DNA of 43,892 bases from Bacilli bacterium (GTDB lineage: Bacteria > Bacillota_I > Bacilli_A > RFN20 > CAG-826): positions 1-43,892 of the forward strand of contig JAFVCC010000051.1 in NCBI GenBank assembly GCA_017479485.1, in the 5' to 3' direction. The position numbers and the translations under genes were made by a program. Within the stretch, counting starts at the first letter, position 1, and every line of letters begins with the position of its first letter. A model generated the notes under the pieces. It was not told the DNA's origin, did not search any database, and saw nothing but the letters and a program-made list of their open reading frames with translations. This document shows, one piece after another, positions 38,368 through 43,892 of the stretch.

Positions 38368-41298
38368 ATGTCTGAACCTCGTTACACCCTCGGCATTGAT
38401 CTTGGCTCCACGACCGTAAAAGTGGCGCTGCTTGACGAAAACGGAACGCTGCTTTTTGGCAAATATCTACGCCATGGCTCGAAAGCCCGCGAAACCTTGT
38501 TGCTCGAACTTGAAGAAGTGATGCGGAAGCACGGCGACATCGAAGTCCGTGCCTGCATGACCGGCAGTAGTGGCCTTGGCCTTTCCAAACACTCCAAAGT
38601 CGCTTTCGTTCAGGAGGTTGAATCCTCCTTCGCCGCCATCAAAGCGCTTTATCCTTCCACCGATTGCGCGGTGGAACTCGGTGGCGAGGATGCGAAGATT
38701 ATCTTTGTTACCGGCGGCGTCGAGGAACGCATGAATGGCCAATGCGCGGGAGGAACCGGCGCGTTCATCGATCAGATGGCGACGCTTCTTTCCGTCGACG
38801 TCGGACAGCTTTCTGAGATGGCGGGTCGCGCCGAGAAAGCCTATCCGATTGCCTCCCGCTGCGGCGTCTTTGCCAAAAGCGACATCCAGTCGATTCTCAA
38901 CCAAGGCGCGAGCAAAGAAGACGTGGCTCGTTCCATCTTCTATGCCGTAGCCGATCAGACGATCGCCGGCTTGGCGCAAGGCCGCGAAATCAAAGGCAAC
39001 GTCTTATTCTTAGGCGGTCCGTTGCATTTCTTGCCCGCCTTACGCGACGCCTTCCGCAAGAGATTGAATCTCGACGAACAACATGCCTTCGCTCCAGAAG
39101 AAGCGCCCCTATTCGTGGCTATTGGAGCCTCTAGAGCCGCGAAAAACCTTGCAGAACCCGAACGGATTTCCGTTTTAGCGGAACGGATTAAGACTGCGAG
39201 TTTGGGTGATGAAGCCGTGCGTGGCGCGCCGCTATTCCGTAGCGAAGAAGAATATCTTACCTTCCTTGCTCACCATAAAGACGTGGACGTAAGACACCGC
39301 GACATCAAAACCTATGAAGGCAAAGCTTATCTTGGCGTCGATGAAGGTTCGACCACGACAAAGCTTGTTTTGCTGAGCGAAGATAACGAGATTCTCTTCT
39401 CTTCTTACCAGCCTAACGAAGGTTTGCCGCTGGATAACCTTTTGATGCGCCTTAAGGAAATCTACGCGTTGAAGAACGAGAAGTGCGAAATCGTTTCCAG
39501 CGCCGTCACCGGCTATGGCGAAGACCTCATCAAAGCTGCCTTTGGCGTCGATTATGGCCTAGTGGAAACGTTGGCCCACCTGAAAGCGGCCTCCTATTTT
39601 GAACCCGACGTCGAATTCATCCTCGATATCGGCGGGCAGGACATCAAATGCTTCAAAGTCCGCGGCGGCGCGATCGATTCAATCATGCTAAATGAAGCCT
39701 GCTCTTCTGGATGCGGCAGCTTCCTATCTAGCCTAGCGACTTCCCTGGGTTACCCCTTACAGGAATTCGTTCGCCTCGGCTATTTTGGCAAGGCGCCGGT
39801 GGAACTTGGGTCGCGCTGCACCGTCTTCATGAATTCCTCCATCAAGCAAGCCCAACGCGAGGGCGCCTCCATCGAGGATATCTCCGCGGGTTTATCGCGT
39901 TCCATCGTCAAAAACGCTCTCTATAAGGTCATCCGCGTCTCCAAAGCGGAAGACTTAGGCAAGAAAATCGTCGTCCAAGGAGGAACGTTCCTTAACGACG
40001 CGGTGCTTCGCGCCTTCGAACAAGAAATCGGCTTTGAGGTCATCCGCCCCTCCATCGCGGGGCTTATGGGAGCCTTTGGGGCTGCCTTATACGCGAAAGA
40101 GAAAGGGGTAGGGGGCCACTTACTCTCCTTAGAAGAACTCAATGCCTTTACCTATGAATCCCAGCACCTCACCTGCCAAGGATGCACTGCCCATTGCGCG
40201 CTTTCTTTGCTGAAATTCCCAGGGGGCAAGCGTTTCCTCTCGGGAAATAAATGCGGTAAACCCGAGGGTAAGAAAGATACCTCGGGCATCGATAATCTTT
40301 ACGCTTGGAAGAGAAGCCGTCTAAGCACTCGCCTTCCTGCACCCGAAAAGAGGATCGGCAAAGTTGGCCTACCGATGGCCTTATGCATGTTCGAGCAACT
40401 TCCTTTATGGGAAACCTTCTTTACGGAACTCGGCTTTGAAGTGGTGGTATCGCCTTTCTCTACTCGCGCGATGTACCGCGCAGGGCAAAAGTCGATCCCC
40501 AGCGACACCGCCTGCTATCCCGCGAAGCTCTTCCATGGTCATGTCGATTACTTGCTCCAGCAAAACGTCGACTTCATCTTCTATCCGAGCGAATCCTATA
40601 ACGTCAACGAGCATCGTGGCGACAACCATTTCCATTGCCCCGTCGTCGCCTACTATGGCGAATTGCTCAAACGTAACGATAGCCGCCTTAACGATTCTTT
40701 GTTCCGCGATCCCTTCCTCCTCGTGGATGACGTGAAGCCTTCCGTCGCCACTTTATTGGATTGCCTGAAGGATTATCACCTCAAGAAATCGGAGGTCGAA
40801 AAAGCCTTCATTCATGGCTACCAAGCGATGATGGATTACCGCGAGGAAACCAAAAAAGAAGGGGACCGTGTGCTTGAATCTGCGAAAAAAGAAGGCAAAC
40901 GTGTCATCGTTCTTGCGGGCCGTCCCTACCACATTGATCCCGAGGTCAGCCATGGTATCGACCAGCTCCTCGCTTCGATGGGCGTCGCGATTTTAAGCGA
41001 AGACTCGCTCCGCTTTGGCGCGAAGATCCGCCCCAATGTTCTCAACCAATGGACCTACCATGCCCGCCTTTATGACGCGGCGCAATATTGCGTCGACCAC
41101 GAAGGGGTAGAGCTCGTCCAACTCGTGAGCTTTGGCTGCGGCGTCGACGCAATCACGGGCGATGAGACACGTTCTATCTTGGAATCCGCTGGCCACCTCT
41201 ATACCCAAATCAAAATCGATGAAATCCAGAACCTTGGCGCGGTGAAGATCCGCTTGAGGTCGCTTCTTGGCGCATTGGAAGAGAGGGAAAAACGATGA
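38368..41298 (+). CDS. CoA-substrate-specific enzyme activase (two BadF/BadG/BcrA/BcrD ASKHA ATPase domains plus DUF2229-like region)
   Basis: GIDLGSTTVK, CAGGTG, CGVFA; second copy GVDEGSTTTK, CSSGCG, CTVF; SDTACYPAK; SFGCG. Confidence 0.9.
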   Translation: MSEPRYTLGIDLGSTTVKVALLDENGTLLFGKYLRHGSKARETLLLELEEVMRKHGDIEVRACMTGSSGLGLSKHSKVAFVQEVESSFAAIKALYPSTDCAVELGGEDAKIIFVTGGVEERMNGQCAGGTGAFIDQMATLLSVDVGQLSEMAGRAEKAYPIASRCGVFAKSDIQSILNQGASKEDVARSIFYAVADQTIAGLAQGREIKGNVLFLGGPLHFLPALRDAFRKRLNLDEQHAFAPEEAPLFVAIGASRAAKNLAEPERISVLAERIKTASLGDEAVRGAPLFRSEEEYLTFLAHHKDVDVRHRDIKTYEGKAYLGVDEGSTTTKLVLLSEDNEILFSSYQPNEGLPLDNLLMRLKEIYALKNEKCEIVSSAVTGYGEDLIKAAFGVDYGLVETLAHLKAASYFEPDVEFILDIGGQDIKCFKVRGGAIDSIMLNEACSSGCGSFLSSLATSLGYPLQEFVRLGYFGKAPVELGSRCTVFMNSSIKQAQREGASIEDISAGLSRSIVKNALYKVIRVSKAEDLGKKIVVQGGTFLNDAVLRAFEQEIGFEVIRPSIAGLMGAFGAALYAKEKGVGGHLLSLEELNAFTYESQHLTCQGCTAHCALSLLKFPGGKRFLSGNKCGKPEGKKDTSGIDNLYAWKRSRLSTRLPAPEKRIGKVGLPMALCMFEQLPLWETFFTELGFEVVVSPFSTRAMYRAGQKSIPSDTACYPAKLFHGHVDYLLQQNVDFIFYPSESYNVNEHRGDNHFHCPVVAYYGELLKRNDSRLNDSLFRDPFLLVDDVKPSVATLLDCLKDYHLKKSEVEKAFIHGYQAMMDYREETKKEGDRVLESAKKEGKRVIVLAGRPYHIDPEVSHGIDQLLASMGVAILSEDSLRFGAKIRPNVLNQWTYHARLYDAAQYCVDHEGVELVQLVSFGCGVDAITGDETRSILESAGHLYTQIKIDEIQNLGAVKIRLRSLLGALEEREKR

Positions 41299-42515
41299 GC
41301 GAAACCCGTAAAGAATTCTTCTCTCGCCTCGCGAGGGAACATTACACCATTCTCGTGCCCGACATGTGCCCGATTCAATTCCACCTTCTCGCGAAAGTAG
41401 TGGAACTCGATGGCTACAAACTCAAAGTGATCTCGCCTCTTGGCCGCGAGGCCAAGGACTGTGGCTTAAGCTTTGTCCATAACGATTCCTGCTATCCCGT
41501 CGTCATCCTCGCGGGGACGTTCATCAACGAACTCCGTTCGGGGAATTACGACTTGAACAAAACCGCCGTCCTCATCACCCAAACCGGTGGGGGATGCCGC
41601 GCTTCCAATTACCTTTCCCTATTTAAAAAGGCGTTTGCCAAAGAATATCCAAACGTTCCCATCATCAGCTTCAATTTCTCCGGGTTAGAGAAATCGCGTT
41701 CCTTGCCACTAACCCTCTCCCGGGCGCGGATGATGTTCGCGGGGCTATGCTATGGCGACATGCTCATGAACCTCGTCCTCCAAAGCGAGCCTTATCATTC
41801 CAAAGAAGCGGTGGATGCGGCGTTAAACGATTGCCTTGCCTACCTCGACGCCCAAATCGGCAAGCGGAGCTTCCTAAAGCGCAAGAAAAACTACGCCTAC
41901 ATCGTTTCACGCTTCAAAGACCTCACGCCTCCTGCGAAGAGAAAACCGTTAGTGGGCATCGTGGGGGAGATCTACGTCAAATATTCGCCCTATGCCAATA
42001 ACCATCTCGCGGACTTCCTCGTCAAGGAGGGCTGCGAGGTCGTTTACCCGTCCCTAATGGAATTCGCGCAGTATTTCATCTACAACTCCCTCGAAGACCA
42101 TCGCCGCTATGGCAAGAACAAGAAGAGCTACCTGATTTGGAAGCTCGCCTTCAATTACACTTTCCGCATCTGCAAAGAAGCCGAAGACGCTCTTAAGGGA
42201 ACGGGGTTCCGTCCCTATGAGGATTTCCATGACGTCATCGAAGCCGGCAAGAAGGTTATTTCTACCGGCGTCAAGATGGGTGAAGGTTGGCTCATCCCCG
42301 CCGAGATGGTCGAGTTCACTTCGAAGGACGTAAAGAACATCGTCGTCGTTCAACCCTTCGGCTGCTTGCCCAACCACATCGTGGGCAAAGGCATGATCCG
42401 TCCCGTCAAGGAACTCAACCCCGAGGCGAACATCGTACCCATCGACTTCGACGCTTCCTCGACCTCGGTCAACCAGGAAAACCGGTTGAAGCTCATGCTG
42501 GCCAATTTGAACTAA
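41295..42515 (+). CDS. 2-hydroxyacyl-CoA dehydratase-related subunit
   Basis: NDSCYP, QTGGGCRASNY, GIVGEIYVK, GEGW, QPFGCLPNH. Confidence 0.85.
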   Translation: MSETRKEFFSRLAREHYTILVPDMCPIQFHLLAKVVELDGYKLKVISPLGREAKDCGLSFVHNDSCYPVVILAGTFINELRSGNYDLNKTAVLITQTGGGCRASNYLSLFKKAFAKEYPNVPIISFNFSGLEKSRSLPLTLSRARMMFAGLCYGDMLMNLVLQSEPYHSKEAVDAALNDCLAYLDAQIGKRSFLKRKKNYAYIVSRFKDLTPPAKRKPLVGIVGEIYVKYSPYANNHLADFLVKEGCEVVYPSLMEFAQYFIYNSLEDHRRYGKNKKSYLIWKLAFNYTFRICKEAEDALKGTGFRPYEDFHDVIEAGKKVISTGVKMGEGWLIPAEMVEFTSKDVKNIVVVQPFGCLPNHIVGKGMIRPVKELNPEANIVPIDFDASSTSVNQENRLKLMLANLN

Positions 42516-42630
42516 AATCCCTGCAAAATCCCATTGATTTTATCGATTTGCTTGAGTTTTTAATCCCATAATCACTATTTCCGTTTTCTTGTTTATCCCG
42601 TAAAATGAGCATCATATTGGAGGAGATCCT

Positions 42631-43392
42631 ATGCCACAATTCGCACCAAAGGCGTTTGAAATGTCTCCTGATGGACTTTCGCCGTCCTCTTCGTCTTCGC
42701 GCATCGGCATCATCGGGGCGATGGAGGCGGAAGTCGCATCCCTAAAGGAGGCGGCGACCATCCATCGAAGCACCGTGATCGCGGCGATGGAATTCGTGGA
42801 GTGCACCTTAAAAGGGCGTGAGGTCGTCGTAGTGCAATGCGGCATGGGCAAAGTCAACGCCGGCATCTGCGCCCATACCTTGATCAACATCTTCCACTGT
42901 ACCAAAATCATCAATACCGGCGTCGCCGGTAGTCTGGACGCCAAGATGGACGTCGGCGACTTCGTCGTCTCCACCGAAGCGGTTCAGCATGATTACGATG
43001 TTTCGCCCATCGGTTTCCGCAAAGGCGAGATTCCCTATACGGGTCTTGTCGCGTTCCAAGCCGATCCTTTCTTAGTGGACGCGGCCATTTCCGCGATCCG
43101 CTACGTCAAGCCCAAGGCGAACATCTTCCGAGGACGCATCTGCTCGGGCGACCAATTCATTACCTCGATTGAGCGTAAGGATGCCATCGTGGATACTTTT
43201 GGCGGACTTTGCTGCGAGATGGAAGGCGGGGCGATCGCTCAAGCGTGCCAGCTTAACGCTACCCCCTTCGTCATCGTGCGCTGCATTTCCGATAAACCTG
43301 ATGGCAGCGCCATCGTGGACTTTGAGGAATTCTCGAAAAGCGCCGCAGAGATCTGCGCGAAGGCCATAGAGCATATGGTCGAGGGGCTATAA
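42631..43392 (+). CDS. mtnN: 5'-methylthioadenosine/S-adenosylhomocysteine nucleosidase
   Basis: IGIIGAM..E, GMGKVNA, INTGVAG, SGDQFI, EMEGGA, RCISD. Confidence 0.93.
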   Translation: MPQFAPKAFEMSPDGLSPSSSSSRIGIIGAMEAEVASLKEAATIHRSTVIAAMEFVECTLKGREVVVVQCGMGKVNAGICAHTLINIFHCTKIINTGVAGSLDAKMDVGDFVVSTEAVQHDYDVSPIGFRKGEIPYTGLVAFQADPFLVDAAISAIRYVKPKANIFRGRICSGDQFITSIERKDAIVDTFGGLCCEMEGGAIAQACQLNATPFVIVRCISDKPDGSAIVDFEEFSKSAAEICAKAIEHMVEGL

Positions 43393-43402
43393 GGCTATTC
43401 CG

Positions 43403-43738
43403 ATGCGCATCATCGATTACATCGAAAGGCAAGAGGAAGCAAAGCGTCCGCCATTAATGTTGGTCTATGACGCGATCAAAATGGTCCTTCCTGACGCACA
43501 GGAGCGCATCAGTTATGGCATGCCGACATTTTGGCGCGGTAGAAACCTCATCCACTTCGCCGCGATGAAAAACCATATCGGCCTTTATCCTGGGCCCGAT
43601 GCCATCGATGCGTTCGCCACGGAACTTCGTCCCTATAAGACAAGCACCGGCGCGATTCGCTTCCCGCTACAAACGGAATTGCCTCTACCCTTAATCCAAA
43701 ACATCGCGCGCTGGTGCGACGAACATTACGGAAAATAA
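43403..43738 (+). CDS. DUF1801 (YdhG-like) protein
   Basis: ERISYGMPTF, HFAAMKNHIGLYP, GAIRFP. Confidence 0.85.
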   Translation: MRIIDYIERQEEAKRPPLMLVYDAIKMVLPDAQERISYGMPTFWRGRNLIHFAAMKNHIGLYPGPDAIDAFATELRPYKTSTGAIRFPLQTELPLPLIQNIARWCDEHYGK

Positions 43739-43754
43739 ATGGCTATATCCAAGA

Positions 43755-43780
43755 AAAAATGCGCGATTTGCGCATTTTTT
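43755..43780. terminator. Bidirectional terminator between convergent genes
   Basis: AAAAAATGCGC...GCGCATTTTTT. Confidence 0.75.
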
Positions 43781-43892
43781 AATTGATTTTCTTGCGGTGG
43801 AAGGTGATGACGTAATCGACGTTGCTCGCTCTTCCGGCCGCGGAGTCGGCGGTAAGGTAGAGGGTGATTTCCTTGTCTTTAGCATTCTTGAA
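43779..43892 (-). CDS. 3' end of an unknown gene truncated by the window edge
   Basis: Open frame FKNAKDKEITLYLTADSAAGRASNVDYVITFHRKKIN* with genome-typical codons, ending at the terminator. Confidence 0.6.
   Translation of the reverse strand, partial: FKNAKDKEITLYLTADSAAGRASNVDYVITFHRKKIN

Overview
Chromosomal window from a Firmicutes (Bacilli-like) bacterium using genetic code 11. Serine-linker lipoproteins, InlB-B/BspA surface repeats, a permuted GH3 and a NusA with an acidic tail suggest a gut/rumen RF39/RFN20-type lineage, but this taxonomy is inference only. Left to right: the 3' end of a probable IS1182-like transposase; a DUF2075 nuclease-helicase, a NUDIX hydrolase and an ADP-ribosylglycohydrolase; a ~12 kb glycan locus (LytTR/GHKL two-component system, two GH3 enzymes, a repeat lipoprotein, a membrane protein) bracketed by an intact membrane-protein gene and a decayed copy of its 3' end; a K+ channel; a BspA LRR lipoprotein; a lysine riboswitch with an amino-acid ABC transporter; a C69 dipeptidase; two paralogous orphan proteins; a P-loop kinase; an Rpn PD-(D/E)XK nuclease followed by two stand-alone copies of its C-terminal domain; the rimP-nusA-ylxR-ylxQ-infB-rbfA operon; a Sel1 protein; a GGDEF protein; a CoA-substrate activase/dehydratase pair; mtnN; DUF1801. 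The best candidates for something new are the Rpn locus with an array of variable RpnS-like cassettes, the gene-duplicating boundaries of the glycan island, and a Cys-containing GCGGS C-terminal anchor on a collagen-stalked GH3. All family calls come from motifs recognised by eye; no searches were run.
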